64,000 nucleotides of DNA from an uncultured Acidobacteriota bacterium (GTDB lineage Bacteria; Acidobacteriota; Vicinamibacteria; Vicinamibacterales; CAVVIG01). Below are positions 32,839 through 44,033 of this stretch, in pieces (positions within the stretch are counted from its first letter, which is position 1; every line of letters starts with the position of its first letter). The notes beneath the pieces were generated by a model. That model saw only the letters and a program-made list of their open reading frames with translations. It searched no databases and was not told the origin of the DNA. Position numbers and translations under genes: made by a program. Where the stretch lies: contig CAVQEJ010000004.1 of the NCBI GenBank assembly GCA_963711505.1, positions 87,442-151,441 of the forward strand, read 5' to 3'.

Positions 32839-34729
32839 TCAACTGACGATCCGGATCGACAGCAGGCTCCTGGCCTGGCCGGCCTGGCTCGTGGCCAGGA
32901 ATTCGATTGTGTAATCGCCGGGCGGAAATGGTGAGAGCGGCAGGTCGAACTGCGTCACGTTCGGCTCGCCCGCGGGGCCGGCGATCCGATCGAGCGCCCG
33001 CATCGGCTGCCCGGTCAGGTTCAGCAGGCGCGCGGTCACGACCGGCCGGTCGGGGCCCGAGCCGTAGGCGCGGATCCGAATCAGCAGGCGTGCGGCCCGG
33101 CTGAATTCGGTCGACGCCACCGGCGGGGCGTTTGAGGCGGTCCTGAGCGCGTCGTACTCGCGCGCCGTGAACGCCCGGAACACCTCGGCCGGCATCAGGA
33201 TCAGCCCCGCCTTGTCGAGCGCCGGCACTTCCACGTGTCGCACGTCCGTATCCAGATCGCGGCCATCGGCGCTGATGGCGAGGTTCAGCTCGACCCGCCC
33301 GGGCGGGGCCTCGAAGACGGCCTGATCGGGCCGTCCGGTCTGCGCCGTCGCCGCCCCCTCCGCCGGCGCCAGCGCCCCCTTGAAGAGCGCAACTCCCTCG
33401 GGCGTGGTGGCCGTCACCTCGACGGTGTCGGCCTGCACCGGCAGGCGGCCGCTGATGGCCTGGTGGTTCGGCTCCCACGTCACCGTGATCCGGGGGCGCC
33501 CGTCGGCGCCGCGCGCGATGCCGACCCACGAATCGGATCAGGCCGCTCGTATGCGAGGGCCTGATGGCCACGAGCCGCGGCGCCGGTTCGGCGCGCACGC
33601 GCGCGGCCTGCCGCACGAGCTGCAGTTCGGCGAGCGACGGCACCCAGTAGGCCGGCCTCGCCCGGACCTGCGCCCCGCGGGCCTTCACGTGCACGGTGAC
33701 GTCGTGCAGCCGGCCATCGGCCGAGGGCGCCCGGAACGTCAGCAGGTAGTAGGCGTCGGCGTCGCGCGCCATCGCCTGGAGGGCCGGCTCCAGATCGCCG
33801 GCCGACGCGATGAGCGTGCCGCTCGTCCGGGCCGCCAGCTCCCGCAGGATGGCCAGCCGCCCGGCCCCGGCGTCCGCCGGCGCCGGCGGATCGGGATCGA
33901 CGGGATAGATCGCCAGGTTGAAGCGGCTCGCGATCCGGATGATGGTGGCGAGCCCCGGGAGCCGCACGCGCGGCTGCCGCGCCGCCGGCTCGAATCCGCC
34001 GCTCACCAGCACGATCGTCTTGCGTCCGTCCGGCAGCCCCGCCATGCGGGTCGCCAGCCCCTCGAGCGCCGACAGCACCATCTGGGCGCGGGCGGTCTCG
34101 ACGGCGGCCGGCGCGCTCCCCATGAAGTCGCGCTCGAACGCGTTGCGCGGCGTGTCGTCGCCGAGCCGTCCGGTGAAGGCGTCGATCGCGTCGTGGATGG
34201 CCGCCCGATCCCGCGTGATCGTCAGGGACGCCGCCTGATCGAGCGGCCGCATGATCACGACCGCGTCGTCGGGCCTCAGCGCCGTGTCGACGAAGCGGTT
34301 GAGGGCGTCGCGCGCCCGCAGGGTGCCCGCGCCCGGATCGACGTGATAGTCGTCGAGCAGCAGGCCGAACACGCGACCCGTGCCGGCGGGCTCGCCGGGC
34401 GCGCCGGTCGGCACGGACGCCGGCACCGGCACCGGCGCCGGCGGGTGGAAGGCGACCTGCTCGATCGGGCGCGCCGTGCCGCCCTCGGTGACGGAGAAGT
34501 CGGCCGCCCGCAGATGGCGGATCGGATCGCCGCGCTGGTCGGTGACGATGACGTCGAGATGAACGGTGGTGAGGCGGCCGGTGTCGAGATCGTCAGCCGG
34601 CGCCTGGGCGGGGGCTGCCGGCGGCCGTGCGGGCGCCGGCGGCACCGCGGGCCGCGCGTACGCCACCGGGGACGGCCCGGTGACGAGGCTCAGCGCCGCG
34701 ATGACCGCGTAAAGGAATCGACACTGCAC
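32839..34729 (-). CDS. Acidobacterial VWA-domain (VWFA-related) exported protein; indel near 33530; start approximate
   Basis: VHLDVIVTDQRGDPIRHLRAADFSVTE, LLLDDYH, GRKTIVLVSGGF, AIYPVDP, LRELAARTSG, YYLLTF, DGRLHDVTVHV. Confidence 0.85.
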
Positions 34730-34908
34730 GGCGGCACGTCTGTGCGGCGGTGGCGGCCACCGCCGAGCTCGTGGCGATGATACCACCCGGCGCAGGCGCA
34801 CCACGGCTCTCGCGGACCGATTGGCCCGCGAACCGTCGGCCAATGCTCGCGCACCGGCCCTGCTGACAGATGAGATGGCGGAAACGACCTGGCGCGGCGG
34901 GCGCCGCG

Positions 34909-35118
34909 CTAGTCGGTCGTCAGGCCCAGGTCGTCCCAGGCGGGCGCCTGCGGTCCAGGCTCGATGCCGGCGATGTCCGGATCTTCCTCGCCTGGCTGGC
35001 GCGGGACGTTATCCTTGCGAGACTTGGCTTCGGTCCGGCGAGCGGCCTTCTGGTTCCGCTTCTCGGTGAGCGCCCGTTCCCGCTGACGCTTGAGTTGCGT
35101 GGGTCGTGATCTGGCCAT
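34909..35118 (-). CDS. Small basic hypothetical protein (69 aa)
   Basis: GAGGAGG RBS; MARSRPTQLKRQRERA...EDPDIAGIEPGPQ. Confidence 0.7.
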   Translation of the reverse strand: MARSRPTQLKRQRERALTEKRNQKAARRTEAKSRKDNVPRQPGEEDPDIAGIEPGPQAPAWDDLGLTTD

Positions 35119-35142
35119 GCGTCCTCCTCGAAGTGTGCCGGG

Positions 35143-35406
35143 TCAGTGCGATGCGTTACCCGCGTCCGCCTCGGCGGCCGCCGCGCGCTTGCGCGGCGCC
35201 TTCTTCGTGCCCTTCGACCGGCTGCCCGACTTGCCGCGGGCCGGCGCCGGGGTTTCCGACGCCTCGAGCGTGACCATGGAGGTCACGAACGTCCGCGAGC
35301 CATGCTCGTCGAAGTCGATGACGGTGTGGTGTTCGTTGACGTCGGTGATCGTGCCGGAGCCATACTGCGGCTGCGTCACGCGGTCACCCTTCGCGAAGAG
35401 TCGCAT
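35143..35406 (-). CDS. Stand-alone Tudor-like (PcrA/UvrD C-terminal-like) domain protein with basic tail
   Basis: FAKGDRVTQPQYGSGTITDV....VIDFDEHGSRTF; AAGGAG RBS. Confidence 0.65.
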   Translation of the reverse strand: MRLFAKGDRVTQPQYGSGTITDVNEHHTVIDFDEHGSRTFVTSMVTLEASETPAPARGKSGSRSKGTKKAPRKRAAAAEADAGNASH

Positions 35407-35732
35407 GTAAACACTCCTTCCGAACGCCGTGCGTCGGAAATTCGACGAGTCGGGGCCGGGCGGGCCGGCGTCGACCGAAGACGGGCCGGTTGCGGAGGGC
35501 GGCAGGGCCGCGCGAGGCCCGACGCCGGCCGCGGCCGGAACGAACGCGTGTGGGAGCGGCGGGCGCGGGCGGTCGGCACAGACCCGCCGTGCACCGCTGC
35601 GTTCTCCGTACGCCGCACTATTGTCTCATGTCCCGTCACGTCCTGTCGATTGCGCCGACGTTTGATGGCCGCGCACGCGGCGGCTAAAATGCCGCGTGGC
35701 CCCCGTTCCGGGGGCCCGACGGGCAGGTCCAC

Positions 35733-36734
35733 GTGAAGATCGTCATCGCAGGCGCCGGGGCCATCGGGGCCTATCTGGGCGCTCATCTCGCCCGCGCGGG
35801 CGCCGACGTGGTTCTCTATGCACGGGGACCCCACCTGCAGGCCATGCGCGAGGGGGGCCTGCGCGTGCACGGCGTCGCCGGCTCCTTCCACGTGCGGCCG
35901 CGGGTCACCGACGATCTGACGGCGGCCGGCCAGGCCGACGTCGTGATTCTGGCCGTCAAGGCCCCCAGTCTGCCGGCCCTCGCTCCCCATCTCGCCCCGC
36001 TGTTCGGGCCCGAAACGGTCGTCGTCAGCACGCAGAACGGGCTGCCCTGGTGGTATTTCCACGAAACCGGCGGACCGCTCAGCGGCTTCCGCCTCGACGC
36101 GGTCGATCCGGCCGGCGTCGTCACCCGCGCGATCGATCCGCGCCGCGTGCTGGGATCGGTCGTCTATTTCGCCACCACCGTGGAGGCGCCCGGCGTCGTC
36201 CGCCAGTCGGGCGGCAGCCGGATGCTCATCGGTGAGCCCGACGGTTCGCGGTCGGGCCGCTGCCGGCGCGTGGCGGCTGCGCTCGAGGCCGCCGGCCTGG
36301 AGTGCCCGGTGACCGACGAGATCCGCCGGGAGATCTGGGCGAAGCTGCTCGGCAACGTCGCCTTCAATCCGCTGAGCGTGATCACCGGCGCAACCGTCGG
36401 CGAGCTCGTCGGACACCCGCACGGCTCGCAGATCGTGCGGGCGATCATGGCCGAGGTGGAAGCGGTGGCCCGGCGGCTCGATCTCGAGCCGCGGATCTCG
36501 ATCGACGGGCGGATGGCGCGCGCCGCGCAGAGCGGGGCGCACCGGACGTCCATGCTGCAGGATTTCGAAGCCGGCCGCCCGCTCGAGCTCGAGGCCATCG
36601 TGGGAGCCGTGATGGCCGTGGCCGATCACCTGGGCGTACCGGTGCCCTCCATCCGCGCCGTGGAGGCCTGCGCGCGGATGCTCGACGAACGGCGAACCGG
36701 AATTACGGGAGTGACGCGGGAAGTTGCGGGGTGA
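35733..36734 (+). CDS. 2-dehydropantoate 2-reductase family oxidoreductase
   Basis: MKIVIAGAGAIGAYLG, STQNGLPWWYF, EIWAKLLGN..FNPLS, TSMLQDFEAGRPLE. Confidence 0.9.
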   Translation: MKIVIAGAGAIGAYLGAHLARAGADVVLYARGPHLQAMREGGLRVHGVAGSFHVRPRVTDDLTAAGQADVVILAVKAPSLPALAPHLAPLFGPETVVVSTQNGLPWWYFHETGGPLSGFRLDAVDPAGVVTRAIDPRRVLGSVVYFATTVEAPGVVRQSGGSRMLIGEPDGSRSGRCRRVAAALEAAGLECPVTDEIRREIWAKLLGNVAFNPLSVITGATVGELVGHPHGSQIVRAIMAEVEAVARRLDLEPRISIDGRMARAAQSGAHRTSMLQDFEAGRPLELEAIVGAVMAVADHLGVPVPSIRAVEACARMLDERRTGITGVTREVAG

Positions 36735-36796
36735 GCGGGTCACCCGGCCGGCCGCAGGGCCGGCCGGGTGCCTCGTGTGTCACGCGGGAAGCTGCC

Positions 36797-37141
36797 TTAC
36801 CAGCGCGGTTCGGACCGGCGCCGGCTGCCGCCGCCGCCACCGCCGCCGAAGCCGCCACGACCGCCGCCGCCGCCGCCGCCGCCCGAGTAGGCCGGCTTCG
36901 GACGCGCCTCGTTCACGGTCAGTGCACGGCCGCCGAAATCGTGCTCGTTGAGCGCATCGATTGCTGCCTGCGCCTCTTCGTCCGTGCTCATTTCGACGAA
37001 CGCGAAGCCGCGCGCCCGCCCGGTGGCCATGTCGCGCATGACACGCACCGAGTCGACCGCGCCGTGCTGACCGAAGAGGTCCTGCAGGTCAGTCTCGTTG
37101 GTTTCGTACGGCAGATTTCCCACGTAAAGTTTACGACCCAT
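36797..37141 (-). CDS. RRM RNA-binding protein with glycine-rich tail
   Basis: KLYVGNLPY (RNP2), RGFAFVEM (RNP1), LTVNEARPK, Gly-rich C-terminus. Confidence 0.95.
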   Translation of the reverse strand: MGRKLYVGNLPYETNETDLQDLFGQHGAVDSVRVMRDMATGRARGFAFVEMSTDEEAQAAIDALNEHDFGGRALTVNEARPKPAYSGGGGGGGGRGGFGGGGGGGSRRRSEPRW

Positions 37142-37336
37142 CTCTATCTACTCCCTGGCGCCCGCAGTCTGCGGAGCGCGGTCCGCCTATCCGGATGGAC
37201 AGCGGACATGATGGAAACTCGCCTGAGCGGACTTCCACTCTCGCTTGACTGTCACCTTCTGAGGGAGCGAGTGAAACGGGCTCGATCGGCTCTGCAGGCG
37301 GGGTGAAGCGGAAGGCTGAACTTCCAATGAGGCTCC

Positions 37337-37366
37337 ATAATACTGCATTGCTGAGGTCTGGCGCAA
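37337..37366 (-). promoter_or_regulatory. sigma70-type promoter of the RRM gene
   Basis: TTGCGC-N18-TATTAT on the minus strand, implying a ~190-nt leader. Confidence 0.5.
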
Positions 37367-37436
37367 ACAAAAGAGGACGGGGACCGGTCTCGACGCGCGG
37401 TGTGGGGGCGTCGAAACCCGTCCCCATCCTTATTGA

Positions 37437-39170
37437 TCAGGGTGCGCCGGGCGGCGGCACGCGCTTCTTCGTCGCCTGCTCGAACGCATAGCCGAGCTCG
37501 ATCAGCTTCGGCTCGCTGCAGGCCATGCCGGTGAAGCTGACGCCGAAGGGCGCCGGCTTCGCATCGAAGCCGGCGGGGAACGGCGGCGTCGGGTCGTTCG
37601 GCACCATGCCGAACGGCACGATGACCGTCGGGTAGCCGGGCCGTGCCGCGATGCCGGCCCCGCTCGGGCCGGGGAAGAGCAGCGCGTCCAGCTTGTTCGC
37701 CTTCATCGCCGCGTCGATCCCGTCGGTCGACGTCATCTCCAGATCCCGCGCCCGGTCCTTCTCGTAGCGCGCCCGGTCCCGCTGCACGTCCATCTGGTCC
37801 GAGATGTCGAGCCGCGACTGGCCGTACTTGATGGCGCCGGCCCGCTGGTGCGCCAGGTTCCACTCGCGCAGCGCCGTCAGCGTCTTCACGGGCGCCGCGT
37901 CGCCCAGCGTCGCCAGCCACTTGTTGAAGTCGCGCTTCATCCCGTACTTCACGACGATCGTGCAGTGCTGGTCCTTGCCCCGGCCGGTGCTCGCGCCGGC
38001 GCACATGTTCCAGAGCAGGAAGTTCTTCTCCGGATCCTTCGTCACGATGCTCGGGATCACCACGGGATCGACGATGATGGCGCCCTGCTGCTTCAGCACC
38101 GCGATCGCGTCGGCCATGACCTTCGCGCGCGCCGCGTTCAGGCCGCCCTCCGGCTTCTTCGCCCCGGGCGGCGTCACCGCGTCGTAGTAGTAGTCGCGCG
38201 GAATCCCGATCCGCGCCCCCTTCAGGCCGTCCGGATTCAGGAACTTCGTGTAGTCGCGGTTCGGCGGCGGCGTGCACCGGGTCGTCGCCGGATCGTTCGG
38301 ATCGGGCGAGGCCCCTTCCATCGCGCCGAACATCAGCGCGACGCCCTCGACCGACTTCGCCATCGGACCCGCCGTGTCCTGATCCTCGGTGATCGGGATG
38401 ATCCCCCATCGGCTCACCCGGCCGACCGTCGGCTTGATGGCCGCCAGCATGTTCTGGTTCGACGGACTGAGGATCGACCCCGACGTCTCCGTGCCGACGT
38501 TGCCGGCCCAGAGGTTCGCCGACGTGCCGATGCCCGAGCTCGAGCCGCCGGTGCCGAGCGCGCCCCGGCCGTCGAAGAACGCCTCGCGCGGATCCCACCG
38601 CGGGTCGTACGGGTTGTAGCCCTGTCCGCCCACGGCGTTGTAGTCGCCCGGCATCGGCGTCGGATCGCCGGCGACCCAGTTGGCCAGCTCCGACATGCCG
38701 GTCTTCGCGATGATGATCGCGCCGGCCGCTTCCAGGTTCTTCGTCACCGTCGCCTTGTAGGGCGGGACGAGATCCTTGAACGCCAGCGCGCCGCCGGTCG
38801 TCCGCATCTCGGTCGTCTGGATGTTGTCCTTCAGCGCGACCGGAATGCCTTCCAGCGGACCACGCACGTGCCCTTCGGCGCGCAGGCGGTCGCTTTCGTC
38901 GGCCTGCTCCAGCGCCTTCGGGTTGACGGTAATCGCGGCGTGCAGCTTCTCCTGGTACATCCCGATCCGCTGCAGGTAGTCGGCGACCAGCTCGTGCGAG
39001 GTCACACGCCCCTGTTCGAGGGCGGCCTTCATCTGCGGGATCGTGGCTTCGACGACGTTGAGCGGCGCCGGCTTCGGAGCCGGAGCCGGGGGAGCGCTGC
39101 AGGCCTGGACGCCCAGGACGAGGGCGGCCGTGGCGACGGCGAGCGACAGACCGGTGAAGTGTCGTGTCAT
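37437..39170 (-). CDS. Amidase-signature family lipoprotein
   Basis: Lipobox VQAC; GPLEGIPVALKDNI, GGSSSG, GTETSGSILSPS, IKPTVGRVSR. Confidence 0.92.
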   Translation of the reverse strand: MTRHFTGLSLAVATAALVLGVQACSAPPAPAPKPAPLNVVEATIPQMKAALEQGRVTSHELVADYLQRIGMYQEKLHAAITVNPKALEQADESDRLRAEGHVRGPLEGIPVALKDNIQTTEMRTTGGALAFKDLVPPYKATVTKNLEAAGAIIIAKTGMSELANWVAGDPTPMPGDYNAVGGQGYNPYDPRWDPREAFFDGRGALGTGGSSSGIGTSANLWAGNVGTETSGSILSPSNQNMLAAIKPTVGRVSRWGIIPITEDQDTAGPMAKSVEGVALMFGAMEGASPDPNDPATTRCTPPPNRDYTKFLNPDGLKGARIGIPRDYYYDAVTPPGAKKPEGGLNAARAKVMADAIAVLKQQGAIIVDPVVIPSIVTKDPEKNFLLWNMCAGASTGRGKDQHCTIVVKYGMKRDFNKWLATLGDAAPVKTLTALREWNLAHQRAGAIKYGQSRLDISDQMDVQRDRARYEKDRARDLEMTSTDGIDAAMKANKLDALLFPGPSGAGIAARPGYPTVIVPFGMVPNDPTPPFPAGFDAKPAPFGVSFTGMACSEPKLIELGYAFEQATKKRVPPPGAP

Positions 39171-39405
39171 AGCGGCGCATTCTAGCAGGGTCGGGTCGTG
39201 AAAACCGGTCGGAATTGCAGGAAACGTGCAGCGGGAGGAGGGCCGGGCCGCGCGCCCCACGCCGGCGCGCGATCCCTGCACGGAAACAGACCGTGCCGCG
39301 AGATCTTTTCCGTGCACGCACGAGCAGAAAGGTAGACTGGCGTTCGTCCCCCCGACAACACGCAGCGCCGACCGCGCGTGGCTGGAACGTCAAGGAGCCA
39401 CATCA

Positions 39406-42279
39406 ATGGCGGACATCGTCGTGACGCAGCCAGGTCTTCCCTTCGTCCTCGGGGGAACGACCACGTTCACCGTGAAGGCCGGCGCGGCGAATCCGAGCCA
39501 GCCGCTGCCGCGCGATACGCAGGTCGTCCTGGCGATCGACACGCAGGCCAGCGCGAACCAGCCGGTGACGCTGGGCGGCGCGGGCTCGTGGACGCTCGGG
39601 CTGAAGACGAGCGCGAACGTGGAACTGCGGGCCATCTGGCACACCGATGGCGCGCTGATCCGGAAGTACGGCCTGCAGCCCTACTTCGATCTCGATCCCG
39701 ACGGCGTCGTGCTGCTGTTCACGGTGGGCGCGGACGCTGAAGGGAGCTTCGCGGGGAAGTTCCGCTACGGCGCGCTGACGGCCGGCGCGACGTTCGAGGC
39801 CGGCGGCGACCTGAGCTTCACCTGCGCCCGGCCCGGCGACCCGGCGGCGCCCCTGAAGACGCTGATCCCCGACTTCTTCTCGCACGTCGGACTGCCGGCC
39901 ACGATGACGTCGGCGCCGCCGCCCGGCGAATTCGTGCATTTCGAGTACCGGCGGGTACCTGAAGCTCGGCGGCAGTGTCGGCGTCGGCTACGAGATGAAG
40001 GGGACGCCCTCGCTCGACATCGGCCAGCTGCACCTGGCCGAGCACTACCAGCTCAGTCTCATCGGCAGCGCGGGGCTGTCGGCCGAGGTCGGCGGATTCT
40101 TCGGCGTGGACATCCGCGCCGATCTCGACGCGAACGGCCAGCCGCGGCCGGACTGGGCCCGCGTCGTCGTGAACCGGACGCGGGCGTCGGAGTTCACGTT
40201 CGCCGCCGACGTGTCGGTGACGGCGAAGACGAAGCCGCAGAAGCTGCCGAAGACGCCGCCCGAATTCCTGGGATCGCTCCTGGGCGTCAACGTCAAGAAC
40301 TGGCTGAACCTGCTGCAGCACGTCGACAAGGCCACCGACTGGAACCAGACGCTGACGGAGCTCGACGATCTCGGCATCGACTTCCTGAACGGCTGGTTCG
40401 GACAGACGGTGACCGGCGCGAACCTTCCGGCCCTTCTGAAGAAGGTGAAGCAGGTCATCAAGGAGTACGACCAGATCGATTCCACGGTGCTCACGGTCGT
40501 CGACCACGTCTTCGAGAAGATCTCGGGCCCCGGTCTCGGCAACGACATCGCGCGCGGGCTGCAGACGCTGGCCGGCTTGCCGTCCTGGGACGCGCTCGAG
40601 GGCGACGTCAACCCGACGGTGTGGGGACTCGTGAACGAGCTGACCGACGGCGACCCGCTCGGCTGGATTGCCGGGAAGGCGGTCGGCGAGCTGCAGAAGC
40701 GGGCGAAGGCCGTGCTGGATCTCGGGCAGGCCGCGGCCACGAACGAGCTGAAGGCGTTCATCCGCTATGCGAAGGGACAGTTCGGCATCGATACGCTCGT
40801 CGACGGGCTGCGCGCCATCGACACGCCGGCGAAGTTCCAGGCGGAGCTGAAGAAGCGGTCGGGGGCGTTCCTCCAGCGCGTGCTCGGGCCGGGGATCCAG
40901 ACGCTGTCGCAGAGCCAGTTCGGCGAGGCGATCGAACCGGCTGCACGCCGTGCTGGCGAAGATCGATACCTTCGAGCAGCAGGCGTACGACGCGCTGACC
41001 GACGCGTTGACGCAGTCGCTCTCCGTCGATCTCCATCTCGGCTACAGCCGGGCCTCCGATCGGGAAGCGCTGGTCGACATCGCCATCAACACGTCGACGG
41101 CCCAGGGGAAGGCGTTGCTGCGGGCGGCGGCGCTCGGCGACTTCACGCAGGCGCTTGCGGCCTGTCGGCTGGCCTCGTGCAGATCTATCAGGGGACCCTG
41201 ACGACGAACCTGGTGAAGACGCGGACGCTGGGCGTCAACGTCGTCGGCTGGCACGACGGCTGGCACTACCAGTCGATCGAGAAGGTGCTGCTGCACGGCG
41301 ACCAGCAGATCGTGCCGAACGATGGCGGCGGCCTGACGGTCTTCTCGACCATCGACCTGACGAAGACGACCGATCGGGAGAAGCAACGCGAGCGCGGGAA
41401 GGTGCAGGACAAGGTGCGCACGTACTTCCTGCTGCGGTTCCTCGGCGAATCGCACGGCGTCGTGGCGACCGATCCGGAGAGCCAGCAGTACCTGATCGAC
41501 ACCATCACGCAGATGGCGGCCAGCTACCAGCTGAGCTTCGACGACAACCACACGACACCGAAGGACCTGGCGTACTACCTGAGCTTCGCGCGCGACTTCG
41601 GCCTCGTCGATGCCGGGCTCCAGCCGGCGACGCATCGGACGCGCTGCTGCCGCAGCTCGCCGTGAACGACTACGGGAACGTCAGCGGTGCAGTACGACGT
41701 CCGTTACACGGAGGACGGACTCCGGCGGCTGTTCGAGCAGCCGCCCGACGCGCAGGCGGCCCGCCGGATCATGCGCACCGTGATCCTGGCGAACTATCTG
41801 GCGTGGGGCGGTCCGCTGGCCAACGAAGGGCTGGGTCTACTGGACGGCCGATGTCTACGGCAATCTGGAAGGCGACGCCGGGGACGTTCGACGAGCGGCC
41901 GCGACCGACCTACGGCCCGTCGATCCGACGCCGTTTCCCGAGCGCCCGCAGCCGGCTGGAGGGTGCTGCTGCCGGCCGGCCGCCAGCGGTTCTCGGCGCG
42001 CTGTACCGGCATCGAACGGACGACTTCGTGGAGCGGTTCGAGCAGCTGGCCGGCGCTGATTGCCGCCGGCCGCCGGATCTCACCGATGGCCCTGCAGGCG
42101 AAGCTGGCCGGGGTCGGCGACGCCTGCAGGACATCGACGACTTCGCCGAGTCGGTGAATGCGACCTTCGCGCTGTTCGACGCGATGCTGAAGCAGGTCGG
42201 AGCGGAGCGGAAGTCGGCGCTGACGCTGAAGTCGTCGGCCGGCGGGCGCAGCGTGAAGAAGGTATTCGTGGCGGGGTAG
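39406..42279 (+). CDS. Large hypothetical protein (~950 aa when indels are corrected)
   Basis: AAGGAG RBS; consecutive coding-like fragments in alternating frames (39406, 39995, 40950, 41687, end 42279) with strong GC3 bias; no family recognised. Confidence 0.7.
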
Positions 42280-42422
42280 GCGGACGGCGATTGCTCCAGC
42301 GCGCGCGACGGCTACGCACGGGGTGAACTGAGCGTCACTGATAGCGGGACGCGTCATGGCGACGGGCTGCGCATGGCCGCAGGGGGTGGGGCCCCATGCG
42401 AACTGAGAAATGAGAGTCATCC

Positions 42423-43882
42423 ATGTCCAAATATCCCACCGGCATCGAACACGTCATCGTCCTGGCCCTCGAGAACCGATCGTTCGACCACATGCTGGGC
42501 TACTACCGGAAGGGCCAGCCCGGCTTCCTGAAGGGCGACGAGGTCAACCACGAGGATCCGGCCGTGCCGGCGTCGCCGATCGTGCAGGTGTCGGACACGG
42601 CGCAGTACACGGGCGACCTCGACGTGGACCCGTCGCACGAGGTGACGCACGTCAAGGTGCAGCTGTTCGGCTCGGACGTGGCGCAGTTGCCGCCGCCCGA
42701 CGTGCCGCACAGCGTCGGCTTCGTGCTCGACTACGGGCAGCAGCCGGGCGACGCCCGCAGTCGCGCAACATCATGAAGTGCTTCGACCCGAAGAAGCTGC
42801 CGGTGCTGACGGGACTCGCCGACGAGTTCACGCTGTGCACCCGCTGGTTCTCGTCGGTGCCCGGCCAGACCTGGCCGAACCGGTTCTTCATGCACTGCGC
42901 CACCTCGGGCGGCTGCGCCACCAACGATGCGACTGCAGATCCACGACATGCGCACGATCTACCAGAACCTCACCGACGCCGGCTTCGACTGGGCGATCTA
43001 CTTCCACGACTTCCCGCAGTCGCTGACGCTCGAGCCGCTCCAGGACTCGGCGTTCCGCGGCAACTTCCGGTTCTTTCTCGGACTTCTTCCGCGACCTGAA
43101 GAACGGCAAGCTGCCGCATTACGTCTTCCTCGAGCCGCGCTACTTCGATTTCCTGCAGTGGAAGGCCAACGACCAGCATCCGCCGCACGACGTCTCGCTC
43201 GGCGAGCACCTCATCGCCGACGTGTACGAGCAGCTGCGGGCGTCCGATTACTGGATGAAGTCGCTGTTCGTCATCCTGTACGACGAGCACGGCGGCATCT
43301 ACGACCACGTGCGGCCGCCCGAGAACGTCCCGAACCCGGACGGCAAGGTGTCGACCGATCCCGAGTTCGATTTCACCCGCCTCGGCCTGCGCGTGCCGGC
43401 GGTGCTCGTCTCGCCGTTCGTGCCGAAGGGGCACATCGACGACACGGTCTACGACCACACGTCGCTGCTGGCGACGGTGAAGGACATCTTCAAGCTGCCG
43501 GACTTCCTGACCGAGCGCGACCGCTGGGCGAACACCTTCACCGACCTGCTTCCTGCCCAGCCCGCGCACGGAGAAGAAGCCGTCGCCGCCGAAGAGCCTG
43601 GAGCGCCCGACCGGGAACGCGACGGCAACGGCGTTCCACGACGAGCCCGGAGCCGCGGCGATGACCGCGAGTCGCGTCCTGGCGGGGAAGGGCGAAGCGG
43701 CGGCCGTCAGCGGCGCCTCACTCTCGGAGTTCCAGCAGAGCCTCGTGGATTTCACGCCCAGGCTGGACACGGGGGAATCGCCCCGCATGCGGGTGCTGCG
43801 CCTCGCGCGCAAGATCGACGACGAGCACGACGCCGCCGTCCACCTGCGCGACACGGCGGCACGGTTCCTGGGAGATGTGTAG
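42423..43882 (+). CDS. Phosphoesterase / non-specific phospholipase C family protein (frameshifted)
   Basis: IEHVIVLALENRSFDHMLG, WFSSVPGQTWPNR, NDQHPPHDV..GE, YDEHGGIYDHV.PP, LGLRVPAVLVSP, YDHTS. Confidence 0.9.
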
Positions 43883-43888
43883 GAACGA

Positions 43889-43911
43889 GCCGGGCTGGAG
43901 CCCGGCGCTAC
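43889..43911 (-). repeat. GTAG-family REP-like palindrome
   Basis: GTAGCGCCGGGCTCCAGCCCGGC on the minus strand just after the phosphoesterase stop. Confidence 0.55.
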
Positions 43912-44033
43912 GATGGATCGCTGAGGCGCGGGTGGCAGCCGGACGGGGCCCCGCCGCGCCGCAGGCGCCTCACCCGTGAGGGTGTTGTGGGCGCCGAGCA
44001 CGGGCGGGGTGTCCGGTGACAGGACCCGCCAGA

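Noticed and set aside
37380-37425. GGGGAC...GTCCCC hairpin after the amidase as a novel RNA
   Set aside because: Adequately explained as a terminator or REP-like stem-loop, similar to 48820-48852
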